25,366 nt of DNA from a virus (taxonomy: Duplodnaviria; Caudoviricetes). The position numbers and the translations under genes were made by a program. The notes beneath the pieces were generated by a model that searched no databases, was not told where the DNA came from, and saw only the letters and a program-made list of their open reading frames with translations. This document shows positions 1-9,354 of the stretch, piece by piece (positions within the stretch are counted from its first letter, which is position 1; each line of letters begins with the position of its first letter). The stretch lies in the IMG/VR virus record IMGVR_UViG_3300028633_000382, positions 1 through 25,366 of that record; one strand, given 5' to 3'.

Positions 1-111
1 CACTCTCGCCATTCTGGTTACCAGTGACTTGTTGCTGTCACCATTGCCATAGATCTCCTCGTGAACCGAATCGATTTTCTCTTTGATCTCAGGTTTGCAC
101 TGGCAGTCCAT
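1..111 (-). CDS. 5' part of a small phage protein (XhlA/holin-associated-like), truncated by the window edge
   Basis: ATG at 111 preceded by AAGGAA. Open to base 1: MDCQCKPEIKEKIDSVHEEIYGNGDSNKSLVTRMARV. The YGNG..SLVTR.AR pattern resembles small coiled-coil/TM lysis-cassette proteins (inference). Confidence 0.4.
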   Translation of the reverse strand, partial: MDCQCKPEIKEKIDSVHEEIYGNGDSNKSLVTRMARV

Positions 112-154
112 AGCAGTTCCTTGTTTTCGAGTGTAGTTGCGTAGAGCGGTGATC

Positions 155-700
155 TTATACTCCCGGAGGGATATCCTTGAGCAGGAAGATCTTGTTGGAA
201 GTCACACCAGAGAACTCGGTGGAGATGACTACGTTGAAGAGGCCATCAGCCTCTCCCGACCAGTCAACTGTCCAGCGTAGTCCGGTGAAGATCACCACCC
301 GATCCAGTTCTTTGGAAGCAACTACGATAGTGGTATCCTTGCTCATGAACAGAGTGCTTTCCAGGAAGTTCTTCTGCTTGGTGGATAGTCCGGAGATGTT
401 TAGTTCGACTGTACTGGTGCGCTTGCCAGGAATGGTATAGTTGCGGGTCTTGAGCTTGGTCAGCTTAGAGTCCGTCTTACCGGGTTTCTCAGCCAGTTCA
501 CCAAGTAGATCAAAGTTAGTGGTAAGCTCCGTTTTGACCGAAGCCTGATTGGCGTACAGCGTATCGAGGGCTAATTGGTCGTAGGTGCCGATCCCGAAGT
601 AAACGAGATCGGCAACCAACACGTCCATCAGCTTGCTGAAGCCCAGATCACCCTCGGTCATGTTGGAGGGATAGGTGGGCTGCGAAATAGGCTGGGGCAT
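155..700 (-). CDS. Phage structural protein, possibly major tail (tube) protein
   Basis: 181 aa, beta-rich pattern, 1-nt overlap with the upstream gene, located downstream of the capsid gene. Function inferred from size and position only. Confidence 0.45.
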   Translation of the reverse strand: MPQPISQPTYPSNMTEGDLGFSKLMDVLVADLVYFGIGTYDQLALDTLYANQASVKTELTTNFDLLGELAEKPGKTDSKLTKLKTRNYTIPGKRTSTVELNISGLSTKQKNFLESTLFMSKDTTIVVASKELDRVVIFTGLRWTVDWSGEADGLFNVVISTEFSGVTSNKIFLLKDIPPGV

Positions 701-1050
701 CAGAACACCCCTTTGATCGCCTTGCCGATGCTAAAGAGCCATTTGCGGTTGTGGAACACGTATTCGATGGCTCCTCCGATGGTGCCGAAGACCTTGAGGA
801 TGACATTGGTCTGCTTGGCCGGGAGGGACTTGGTAGCCCGCTCCACCGCCAACTGCTTCTTGGCATAGTCGTCCAGGTCCTTGGTGGCAGGGTTGATCTT
901 GATATCCTGGATGATGTCCAGGATGATAGCCAGAGCCGAGTTGACCTTGGCCTTGTCGATCAGCGTGCCGGTAGTGCGGGATATGATCCAGACTACCAGA
1001 GCCGAGATCAGGCCCAGGAAAAACTCCTGATTGGCGATGATGAAGTCCAT
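700..1050 (-). CDS. Holin-like membrane protein
   Basis: 116 aa with an N-terminal hydrophobic helix (FFLGLISALVVWII), amphipathic helices and a basic C-terminus; AAGGAG RBS upstream. Confidence 0.5.
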   Translation of the reverse strand: MDFIIANQEFFLGLISALVVWIISRTTGTLIDKAKVNSALAIILDIIQDIKINPATKDLDDYAKKQLAVERATKSLPAKQTNVILKVFGTIGGAIEYVFHNRKWLFSIGKAIKGVF

Positions 1051-1075
1051 TGATACTCCTTTATCTGGTTATTTC

Positions 1076-2806
1076 TTAGGTTGTGAGTTTGAACACTTTC
1101 ACGAAGCCGGAGATGTAGGTGATCCCAGGACGGATACGGATGTACCAGTGGTACTTCCAATCGCTTCCGTGGTGTTCGACTTTGAGTTCGGCATCAGTGC
1201 GATAGCCGACGATGATGAACTTGGGCAGTCCGCCGATGATGTAATCGGCATCCATGAGACGGGGCTTTACGGGGATACCCGCAAAGGATACGTTGCCGCC
1301 TTCGAGCAGCAAGCGATCTCCGGCTCCGGTCTCACGCTTGGCGAGTTCGGCCCGGATGCGGATCAGATCCTTGTGAGCCACGTAGAACTTGAAGTTCTCC
1401 TGCTCTTCCAACATCTCGTCAGAGAAGGCAAGGAGAGCGGCTTCGAAGCGCTTCGCCCAGTCGGTATAGGTGGTCTTGGAGAGGTTAGTGACGTCGGTGG
1501 CGGTGGTAGCCAGTTTGACCACCCCATCCAGAGCCTTGATCTTGGCGGTGGCAGAGGCCCGATCACCCTTGAAGAGCAGCAAGCGGATGGCTTTCTCGGT
1601 CTTCTTGGCGATGTGGTTCTCCACATATGCTCCGAAGGCATCTTCGCCGTACTTGTCCTTGTAGAACTCGACCACATCCCTGCCCAGGGTGAACTCGGCA
1701 TTGAGTATCCCAGTGGGTACGGAGAGATCGGCAGTCGAAACGTTCTGAGCCGTTAGAGCGCCATCGAGGGAGTTCTTGAAGACCAGGTCATCGATCAGGC
1801 CGACGTCGATCTTCTCGTCCTTCAGCAGTGGCAATACCGAGATATCCGAGAGGGTATCTCCGGGCTGGCTGCCAATCACCTCATCGATAAAGAGGCTGGT
1901 GGTATTGGCTGAGAGGATGTTCATGGCCTTGCCGGAGTCCACGTCAGAGATGCCTTTGTATATCTCACGATGGTTTGCTTTGACCATGATCTTGTTGCCG
2001 TCGATGGTAACTTCTTTGTCCACATTGGACTGGTTAGCATCAGGCTCACCGGGAATGCTCTTGGAGATGGCTCTGCTCATGGTGACAGAGAGGTCTTTGA
2101 GGCTCTTCTCGATGCTGTGGATGGCATCGCCCAGCTGGAGGTTGGGGTTACCCTTCTCCAGTTCACTGATCTTCTCAGTGATGGCGGTAATGCCCTTCTG
2201 CAGCTCGGAGTTGTTGTTATGCTCCGCAACCTTACGAAGGCTATTCAGTTCGTTTTTGATCTCGGCAAGGCTGGCTTCCGCACTGCGGTAGTCATCGGCT
2301 CGACCGTAGATCGAGACTCCATTGAACTCTCCTTTCTCGACCTTCTGCCAGAGATCACTTGAGAGATCTTCGCACTTGAGGACTTGCACCCAGGAGCCAA
2401 CTTTAGTATCGGGAAAATGCTCTCTGTCACTGGTCTTGAGGATGTAGTTCTCGACCACGGTGAACTCAGGCACCGGTTGCATGTTGTGGTTCACATCGCA
2501 CTTGCCGACCAGGCCATGCTTAGCGAAGTGATCGCAGGACTTCTGAATCTCTTCCCGGGTGTAATAATCACCCTGGGAATCGTGGATATTGGGCTCCATT
2601 AGAGTGACGTAAAGCCGTCCCTGAGTGCCACTCGTTTCACTCTTGAACTTGGTGGAGTTGATCTTGTGTTCAAAGCTTCTGCCTGAGGCATTCTTGACCA
2701 CAAAGCCCTTCTGATTGGCGGGAGTCATCTCATCGAACAGAAGCGAGACCAGCTCGACTTCCACGTTGCGAAGTTCTCCCTTGAGAATGGTGCGTTTACG
2801 ATTCAC
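1076..2806 (-). CDS. Fused XkdF-like prohead protease / scaffold / major capsid protein (576 aa from GTG 2806)
   Basis: AAGGAGGT RBS before GTG 2806. The N-terminal part (ELRNVEVELVSLL...ANQKGF; EPNIHDSQGDYYTREEI; DVNHN; GSWV; LWQKVEKGEFNGVSIYG) matches the PBSX XkdF pattern. It is followed by a coiled coil and a ~300-aa C-terminal region consistent with an HK97-fold capsid. No other capsid-sized ORF follows the portal gene. Confidence 0.8.
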   Translation of the reverse strand: MNRKRTILKGELRNVEVELVSLLFDEMTPANQKGFVVKNASGRSFEHKINSTKFKSETSGTQGRLYVTLMEPNIHDSQGDYYTREEIQKSCDHFAKHGLVGKCDVNHNMQPVPEFTVVENYILKTSDREHFPDTKVGSWVQVLKCEDLSSDLWQKVEKGEFNGVSIYGRADDYRSAEASLAEIKNELNSLRKVAEHNNNSELQKGITAITEKISELEKGNPNLQLGDAIHSIEKSLKDLSVTMSRAISKSIPGEPDANQSNVDKEVTIDGNKIMVKANHREIYKGISDVDSGKAMNILSANTTSLFIDEVIGSQPGDTLSDISVLPLLKDEKIDVGLIDDLVFKNSLDGALTAQNVSTADLSVPTGILNAEFTLGRDVVEFYKDKYGEDAFGAYVENHIAKKTEKAIRLLLFKGDRASATAKIKALDGVVKLATTATDVTNLSKTTYTDWAKRFEAALLAFSDEMLEEQENFKFYVAHKDLIRIRAELAKRETGAGDRLLLEGGNVSFAGIPVKPRLMDADYIIGGLPKFIIVGYRTDAELKVEHHGSDWKYHWYIRIRPGITYISGFVKVFKLTT

Positions 2807-2851
2807 GCTACCTCCTTGTTGTTGATTGTCAGTTATGTAGTTGTGCATAGT

Positions 2852-4048
2852 TTACTGCGCTCCGAAGTTCCTGTTTTGCATGAAAAGCTGTTCGTCAGCG
2901 GTTTGCAGCACCTCGGTCAGATTACCAAAGTTGAAGTCCTCCGGTTTTACATTCCATCCGAAGTCGAAGTTGAACTCGTTCGCCAGAGCCAATGCGAGGC
3001 GATTCTGCAGCGGTCTAACTACGAACTGGTAGAACATCCGCATATCGCTACTGTTATCGCCACCAAGCTGCCCTGGGATAAGCTGTGAGACAATCCTGGC
3101 GGGTACCCTGTGATAGGCGAGGATACCTTCCCTGAGGTCTTTCTTAAGTCCTAAGAAGCCACCTTCTCTGTCCTGTTGACGGAGTGGCTCAAGGCGTATC
3201 TTCACGTCCCGGCTCTCACTCTCGATCAGCACTGTGGAGTGGCTCTTGGCATTACCTTTGACCTCAGTAAGAGCCTTCTCAATCTCGGTGTAGGCATCGG
3301 TCATTACCTCATTGCCCTGCTCATCAGTGACGGTGCCGTCTCTGAGAGTACCGCCTTCCACGATCACGAAATAGTCGATCATCAAGCCGTTCTTGAAGTT
3401 GTTGTAGTCGAAGGTCTTGATCTCACCCAAGATCTCGATGTTGATGGCAATCGGCAGGCAAGCCAGGCCCCATGCATTTGATCTATGTGTTGACTTCTTC
3501 ACATGGATGATGTCTTCGTAGGCGAAGTCCTTCTTCTGGTTGTTCTTGACCTGGATATAGTTGGGTTTGAAGAAGCCGAACTCGTCATAGTTCTCCACGA
3601 TCTGCACTTCAGAGGGCAGCATCCTCTCCAGACCCATCCACTGGCCTTGGGCATTGCGCATCTTGATCAGGAAACCGTTACCACAGGCCAGATAGAACTT
3701 CATCAATTCCGCCAGAATAGTAGTCTGGTCTTCACAGGCCGGGAACTCAGCATCTTTGATCCAAGCATTTACTTGGCTGTTCTTGCAGTCGAACTGCATG
3801 ATGGTTGCCATGGTCAGGGCATCGATACAGCCGGAGTGGTACTCATCAGTATCTAAGAGATTGAGCAGGTTGCTCATTGAATAGGGCTGAGAGACAACTT
3901 TCTTGGTCTCGGCTGCCTTGGATACCAACTGCTTACCGATCCGCTGATACTTGGATAGATCTAGGCATTCAGTCTTGTACTTGCTCTCCAATAGATCTGC
4001 AGCTGAACTGATCGCCAGGTTATAGGCTCCTATACGCATCACTCTCAC
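2852..4048 (-). CDS. Phage portal protein (PBSX/HK97-like)
   Basis: 398 aa; portal motifs GNGFLIKMRNAQG, DIIHVKK...WGL, ILAYHRVPARIV, FYQFVVRPLQ. Confidence 0.88.
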   Translation of the reverse strand: MRVMRIGAYNLAISSAADLLESKYKTECLDLSKYQRIGKQLVSKAAETKKVVSQPYSMSNLLNLLDTDEYHSGCIDALTMATIMQFDCKNSQVNAWIKDAEFPACEDQTTILAELMKFYLACGNGFLIKMRNAQGQWMGLERMLPSEVQIVENYDEFGFFKPNYIQVKNNQKKDFAYEDIIHVKKSTHRSNAWGLACLPIAINIEILGEIKTFDYNNFKNGLMIDYFVIVEGGTLRDGTVTDEQGNEVMTDAYTEIEKALTEVKGNAKSHSTVLIESESRDVKIRLEPLRQQDREGGFLGLKKDLREGILAYHRVPARIVSQLIPGQLGGDNSSDMRMFYQFVVRPLQNRLALALANEFNFDFGWNVKPEDFNFGNLTEVLQTADEQLFMQNRNFGAQ

Positions 4049-4446
4049 GATCCCGCTCCAGTGCCGTTTTTCAGCAGGTCAATCTTGGCGATCCTGACCA
4101 GTCTGGTACCGTCTATGCGGCTGGTATAGTATTCCACACTAGGCAGGTCCCGGTTCATCAGCTTGAGGTAGAAAGAGCGGAACTTTTCTTTGAGAGCATA
4201 GAGAACAGCATCCGGATCACTAACTTTCTGGGCATTGACGATCAGGAAGACTGTCCAGGCGATATCGGTGTCCACATACTGCCTGGATGTGCCATGCTTA
4301 CCTGTCTCGGAATCGAGGATCAGGATAGCGCAGGGCAGACTCTTGGGGATATTGTCCTTGTTATACATCACTTCGGAGATACCGGAGAGATTCAATGCTT
4401 GGGTTATGCGGTCTCTTTGGAAGATGAACTTCTCCAACGTGGTCAT
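4045..4446 (-). CDS. Phage protein, possible tail-completion/terminator
   Basis: 133 aa, overlaps both neighbours; the LPCAILILDSE beta-strand pattern resembles tail-terminator families (inference). Confidence 0.4.
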   Translation of the reverse strand: MTTLEKFIFQRDRITQALNLSGISEVMYNKDNIPKSLPCAILILDSETGKHGTSRQYVDTDIAWTVFLIVNAQKVSDPDAVLYALKEKFRSFYLKLMNRDLPSVEYYTSRIDGTRLVRIAKIDLLKNGTGAGS

Positions 4447-4934
4447 AGACTTACCTCGATGCTATTCAATTGCTGGTATATCCACTGCTCCCGGTTTGAG
4501 ATAACTTCAGCGAATACATTACGGGCAGTAATGCCTTCCCGCTTGATCTTGCCCCGGATGAGATAGGCGATCTCGGCTACGGTCAGCGCTTTACCTGTAT
4601 CTTTATCAGTCCAAGACAGGTGTTTGCGTTCGACCCAAGCGATTAGTGGAGCGATCGGAGTCCAGGAAGGCACTTTACCGCCCAAGACGAAAGGCTCGTG
4701 ACGCACGTTTGAGCCTACCCTTAGGATCATGGCTGTATCGGTGGTTTGGAGCAAATAGCCGGTATTGCCATAGAAGTCACCCTTGTCATAGATCTGCTGT
4801 GCCAGAATCTCCTTGCGGGACTCGGCATCGATCACAGAACCGATCAGATGCAGCCGGCTCTCCAAAGCAGAATAGATAGCTCTGTAGATCTCGATCATCA
4901 GCTCATCCGGAGATGTAACATCACGATCTGGCAT
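4443..4934 (-). CDS. HK97 gp10-like / virion morphogenesis (neck) protein
   Basis: 163 aa; YDKGDF...LRVGSNVRHEPFV.G and a C-terminal GITARNVF resemble the DTG.L...VG.N..YA.YVE.G...P.PF pattern of gp10-like proteins. Confidence 0.55.
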   Translation of the reverse strand: MPDRDVTSPDELMIEIYRAIYSALESRLHLIGSVIDAESRKEILAQQIYDKGDFYGNTGYLLQTTDTAMILRVGSNVRHEPFVLGGKVPSWTPIAPLIAWVERKHLSWTDKDTGKALTVAEIAYLIRGKIKREGITARNVFAEVISNREQWIYQQLNSIEVSL

Positions 4935-5392
4935 CAGATCACCCCCACACGGATGGGACGAGCTTGTCTGGGCTTGAGTTCGTTCAGGCGATCCAGACCG
5001 GCAGGATTGAGATAGGCTTGCAGGATGGTGAGTGCTCTCAGCTCAAGATTGGCTTTGAATGCGTCAATTTCGCTCCCTGTGAGCAGTTCGGTGGCAGACT
5101 GGTCTAATCCTACGGTCTTGACTATTCCCTCCCCCAGGGTCTTTAAATTGAGAAACTCAGCAGTGGAGTGCAGCATCAGGAACGAAAACCCAAAACGAAA
5201 AGAAATCAGGAATGGCTCCTCTTCCGGCATATCTTCGTGAGTTGCCCGATCATAGTGCTCCTGCATAACTAGTGAGTGGATCATCTCCAGAACCAAGCCC
5301 TGATGCTCTTTGAAGATGCCATTGTTGGACATCTCCTTGGGCAGGTTGAGGATGGCGAGCATGGCATCGGTCTCGACCGGGATAGGGATCAC
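4934..5392 (-). CDS. Phage protein, possible head-tail adaptor
   Basis: 152 aa, helical, coupled to the lysozyme and gp10-like genes; function inferred from size and synteny. Confidence 0.4.
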   Translation of the reverse strand: MIPIPVETDAMLAILNLPKEMSNNGIFKEHQGLVLEMIHSLVMQEHYDRATHEDMPEEEPFLISFRFGFSFLMLHSTAEFLNLKTLGEGIVKTVGLDQSATELLTGSEIDAFKANLELRALTILQAYLNPAGLDRLNELKPRQARPIRVGVI

Positions 5393-5814
5393 TGGCCCTT
5401 CCTCATCATCTCGGAAAGCTCAATGGCTCTCATTCCCACTTGCTTCGCCCACTTGGAGGCTAGCATGTTGTTTGCAGCTCGCTCCCAGTCTCCGGCACCG
5501 ATAAAACTCAGGGTGTTCTTGAACTCCAGGAGCCCCTTGATGCCCAAGTTGAAGCACATATTGAGCAGCACCGACTGGCGAACCTCATCGAGCTTATTGT
5601 AAACCTCAGGTATCTCATCAATCAGCCACTGCTCGCAGTCCTGGATATCTCTCTCCAACATGGCATAAGCTTCTTTCTGGGATATCCCCCGATCATCGAG
5701 ATTGCGGCCGATACCGATGGTCAGTTTGCCTGCGGTGCAGCGGTATGGCTTCAGTCGCAGACCCTCATGTCTGACTAACTGAGCCTTGATTCGGTTCATC
5801 AACGCTTCGGTCAT
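5389..5814 (-). CDS. Lysozyme/endolysin, glycoside hydrolase family 24 (T4-lysozyme-like)
   Basis: HEGLRLKPYRCTAGKLTIGIGRNL catalytic region, NMCFNLG, SKWAKQVGMRA. AAGGAG lies 5 nt before ATG 5814, preferred over 5832. Confidence 0.92.
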   Translation of the reverse strand: MTEALMNRIKAQLVRHEGLRLKPYRCTAGKLTIGIGRNLDDRGISQKEAYAMLERDIQDCEQWLIDEIPEVYNKLDEVRQSVLLNMCFNLGIKGLLEFKNTLSFIGAGDWERAANNMLASKWAKQVGMRAIELSEMMRKGQ

Positions 5815-5879
5815 GCTTTCTCCTTGTTCCATATGTGATCATTGATCCAGAGCCAGGAAAGCACTACCCTGTATGCTGA

Positions 5880-5908
5880 CAAATCAGGATGAGCAAGGAT
5901 GAGACAGT
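5880..5908 (-). promoter_or_regulatory. 29-bp motif upstream of the lysis/structural operon (copy 1 of 2)
   Basis: CAAATCAGGATGAGCAAGGATGAGACAGT; 25/29 identical to 18765-18793; internal direct repeat AGGATGAG at 10-bp spacing. Confidence 0.7.
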
Positions 5909-5916
5909 TTTTAGGA

Positions 5917-5952
5917 TTGACAGAAATCAACGCTGCATATCCTTGCTAAAAT
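5917..5952 (+). promoter_or_regulatory. Candidate sigma70 promoter of the defence cassette
   Basis: TTGACA at 5917-5922 and an extended -10 TGcTAAAAT at 5944-5952. The two are too far apart to be one canonical promoter; either could be the functional element. Confidence 0.4.
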
Positions 5953-6141
5953 AGAAATTCACACTGTGAGGGATAGGTGAGACAAATCAGTGAATATACG
6001 AGCAAAGCCTTGGAAGACAGGCTGTTGATTGCTGATGACAAGGAGCAATTGATGTTATGTTGCGCTTCTTTGTGCCAACATGAGTGTCTTTGTATGAACA
6101 AGCTGTCGAAACAGAAGTATTTGGATTATAAGAGGTAATCA

Positions 6142-9100
6142 ATGTCTGGTGATTTAACTTTTCTAACCAATGAAGCCAATCGTAGTCTCTTGCGGCGACT
6201 AGAAGTGTTAATGGCAAGCACCCAGTTTTTTGATTGCCTGGTGGGTTACTTTTTTGTGAGTGGTTTTTATAAGCTATACAAATCGCTTGAGCATGTAGAG
6301 AAAGTCAGAATACTTGTTGGCTTAAGTACGGATAAGAACACGTATAACCTCATTCAACAATCAAAAGAGCAAAGCGAAATTCCACTGATGTCTCAGGCGC
6401 AAATAATTGAAAAGGCACCTGATGCTATTCTTGATGAGTTGGAACACTCTGATGATTCTGTTGATGTTGAAGAGGGTGTCACCAAGTTTATTGAGTGGCT
6501 AAAATCTGGTAAGCTTGAGATAAGATCATATCCAGATGAAAGAATCCATGCTAAAGTATATGTAATGTCTTTCGTTAGTGGAGACAGAGATGCTGGTAGG
6601 GTGATAACAGGATCGAGCAACTTGACTCAGTCTGGATTAAGAGATAATCTGGAGTTCAATGTCGAACTTAAGAGTAGAGCTGATTATGATTACGCAAAAG
6701 AAAAATTTGAAGAGCTATGGCAAAAAGCTACTGATCTTTCAATAACATATGATGATACAATAAGAAACAAATCTCCTTTTGCTCAATTTACTCCATACGA
6801 ATTATACCTGAAATTTTTATATGAATACTTCAAGGAAGAGCTTAACCTACCAGACAATCTTGAGGATATTTATGTCCCAGAAGGGTTTATTAAACTAAAA
6901 TATCAAGAAGATGCTGTAGTAAGTGCCAAAAAAGTTTTAGAAGAGTACGGCGGGTTGTTTCTATCAGACGTTGTGGGGCTAGGAAAAACCTATATGTCTG
7001 CTTTGTTAGCACAGCAACTTGATGGGAGATCATTAGTAATAGCTCCTCCTCATCTTCTTGATAAGAATAATCGTGGGTCGTGGCCTAATGTTTTTGGAGA
7101 CTTTAGAGTTCCACACACAGACTTTGAATCAATCGGAAAACTTGAATCTATTCTCTCTCGGGATGTATCGAAATACAAGAATATATTCATTGATGAATCT
7201 CACAGATTCAGAACAGAGATGAACCAGACTTACGCAATGTTAGCACAGATTTGTCGTGGTAAGCGTGTTATCTTAGTTTCTGCTACACCTTTGAATAACT
7301 CGCCGGACGACATTCTCAGCCAGATGAAGCTGTTTCAAAATGGGAAAAACAGCACTATACCCAATGTCAGAAACTTAGAAGCTTTCTTTTCTCACTTAAA
7401 GAAGAAGCTCCAGGGCTTGGATCGAAAGACTGATAGGGATGAATATATTCGAATTGTTCAGGAAAATGCTGCCCAAACGAGAAACTACATCCTAAAGTAC
7501 TTGATGGTGCGAAGAACGCGGAATGACATCATCAAATACTATGCAGATGACCTCAAATCACAAGGGCTCACTTTTCCCAAGGTTGCCGATCCTGAGCCTC
7601 TATTCTATCAATTTAATGCTACAGAAAATGCAATATTCCTCGACACAATGAAGATAATCACCCAGTCCTTTGTATATGCTAGGTATCGTCCACTTACCTA
7701 CTATAAAGGTGATGTGGATCATAGGGATATACAGGGTCAGAGAAACTTGACCAAGTTTATGAAAATTCTACTAATCAAACGCTTGGAAAGCAGCTTCTAT
7801 GCTTTTAAGCTTACTATTGATCGCTTTCTAAAGTCCTACGAGAGGGTCATCAAGGAGTTTGAGAAGGGTCATGTTTACATAAGTAAGAAGCATATCACGA
7901 AAATCTTCGAGTTGTTAGATGCAGCCGATTACGACACAATAGAGAAATACCTTGAAGCTGATAAAGCAATTAAGCTTGATGCGAAGGATTTCCATCCCGA
8001 TTTTATCAAGCATCTGAAAAGTGACTTAGCGACACTAGAAGATATTCAAAAAACGTGGGCTACATTAACTCATGATCCCAAATGGGAGACATTCGCAGAT
8101 GTGCTAAAAGTAGATAAACATATAAACAAGTCAAAAGCAATCATCTTCACCGAATCAAAAGAAACTGCTGAGTATCTATTCAATAGAATAAGCAAAGAAA
8201 TAGACCCCAAAGCTCTCTTATTCTCCGGATCATCCAGTGAGTTACATCGTAAAGAAGTTATTTCGAATTTCGATGCAAAGGCCTATGATCCAAAAGATGA
8301 CTATCGTATCCTGATCACAACTGAGGTGTTATCTGAGGGAATAAACCTTCACAGATCTAACATTGTGATCAATTATGACATTCCTTGGAACCCAACCCGG
8401 CTGATTCAAAGAGTAGGGCGTATCAATCGTGTGGATACAGCGTTCAAAGAGATTTATACATACAATTTTTTCCCCACAGAAGAATGTAATGACGCCATTA
8501 AGCTCAAAGAGGCAGCAGAAGCTAAGATACACGCTTTTATAGAGATGCTTGGCAATGATGCTCGATTGCTAACTGATGGTGAAGAAGTCAAGTCTCACGA
8601 TCTATTTGCAAAGCTAAATTCGAAACAGACCATTACTGGGGAACAAGAAGAGGAAGATAGTGAACTTGAGTATCTAACGGAAATCAGAAAGATCAGAGAC
8701 GAAAACCCCGATCTGTTTACGAGAATTAAAAGACTTCCCAAAAAAGCACGCTCAACAAAGCTAATGCTGTCTCAAGGAAGTAAACACAATCTGGAGTTAC
8801 CCGGACTTCTAACATACTTTAGGCAGGGAAGACTGGATAAGTTCTTTGTTAGTACGATTGCGAGCAAAGACTCCTTGGAGTTAGATTTCTTCCAATCTGT
8901 ACGCATACTAAAACCTGATGACGTAAATGAAAATAGGAAAGATATCCCATTGCACTTCTATGAAATGCTAGCCAAAAACAAATCTGCGTTCGAATTTGCT
9001 ACCAGTATCGAATCTGAAGAGCAAATGCAGAGTCATAAAGGTAATACCAATGAAGTATATATTACCAAGAGGCTAAAATCTAATGAAGTCAAGAAGTATC

Positions 9101-9354
9101 ACGGTTTCACTGATATTGAGGATGACTATATAACCTCAGTGATAAAACTTCTTAATGATGGAGCATTGCCCAAACACACTGCGAAAAAGATAGCAGACAA
9201 GCTTAAGAATGAGGCAGACCCTTTGAAGATACTCGGTATCCTTAAGTCAAATATCTCACCAGACTTCTTTAATCCAGTTATAGCAAAAGACGCTTCTCAA
9301 GCGTTTAAACCGCGTGAAGTAATTCTATCATCATATCTTTTGGAGGGTAAATGA
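6142..9354 (+). CDS. PLD-family nuclease fused to an SF2 (SNF2/Res-like) helicase
   Basis: HAKVY...GSSNLT.SG...NLE PLD motif; Walker A DVVGLGKT; DESH; SAT; EGINL; YDIPWNP; QRVGRINR. Confidence 0.9.
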   Translation: MSGDLTFLTNEANRSLLRRLEVLMASTQFFDCLVGYFFVSGFYKLYKSLEHVEKVRILVGLSTDKNTYNLIQQSKEQSEIPLMSQAQIIEKAPDAILDELEHSDDSVDVEEGVTKFIEWLKSGKLEIRSYPDERIHAKVYVMSFVSGDRDAGRVITGSSNLTQSGLRDNLEFNVELKSRADYDYAKEKFEELWQKATDLSITYDDTIRNKSPFAQFTPYELYLKFLYEYFKEELNLPDNLEDIYVPEGFIKLKYQEDAVVSAKKVLEEYGGLFLSDVVGLGKTYMSALLAQQLDGRSLVIAPPHLLDKNNRGSWPNVFGDFRVPHTDFESIGKLESILSRDVSKYKNIFIDESHRFRTEMNQTYAMLAQICRGKRVILVSATPLNNSPDDILSQMKLFQNGKNSTIPNVRNLEAFFSHLKKKLQGLDRKTDRDEYIRIVQENAAQTRNYILKYLMVRRTRNDIIKYYADDLKSQGLTFPKVADPEPLFYQFNATENAIFLDTMKIITQSFVYARYRPLTYYKGDVDHRDIQGQRNLTKFMKILLIKRLESSFYAFKLTIDRFLKSYERVIKEFEKGHVYISKKHITKIFELLDAADYDTIEKYLEADKAIKLDAKDFHPDFIKHLKSDLATLEDIQKTWATLTHDPKWETFADVLKVDKHINKSKAIIFTESKETAEYLFNRISKEIDPKALLFSGSSSELHRKEVISNFDAKAYDPKDDYRILITTEVLSEGINLHRSNIVINYDIPWNPTRLIQRVGRINRVDTAFKEIYTYNFFPTEECNDAIKLKEAAEAKIHAFIEMLGNDARLLTDGEEVKSHDLFAKLNSKQTITGEQEEEDSELEYLTEIRKIRDENPDLFTRIKRLPKKARSTKLMLSQGSKHNLELPGLLTYFRQGRLDKFFVSTIASKDSLELDFFQSVRILKPDDVNENRKDIPLHFYEMLAKNKSAFEFATSIESEEQMQSHKGNTNEVYITKRLKSNEVKKYHGFTDIEDDYITSVIKLLNDGALPKHTAKKIADKLKNEADPLKILGILKSNISPDFFNPVIAKDASQAFKPREVILSSYLLEGK

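Noticed and set aside
5978-5990. TGAGACAAATCAG, a partial echo of the 29-bp motif (GACAAATCAG also at 5878-5887)
   Set aside because: Only 10 bp; could be a junction scar but cannot be separated from chance.
5987-6217. 76-aa minus-strand ORF at the cassette start
   Set aside because: Antisense to the helicase 5' end and leader; no motif support.
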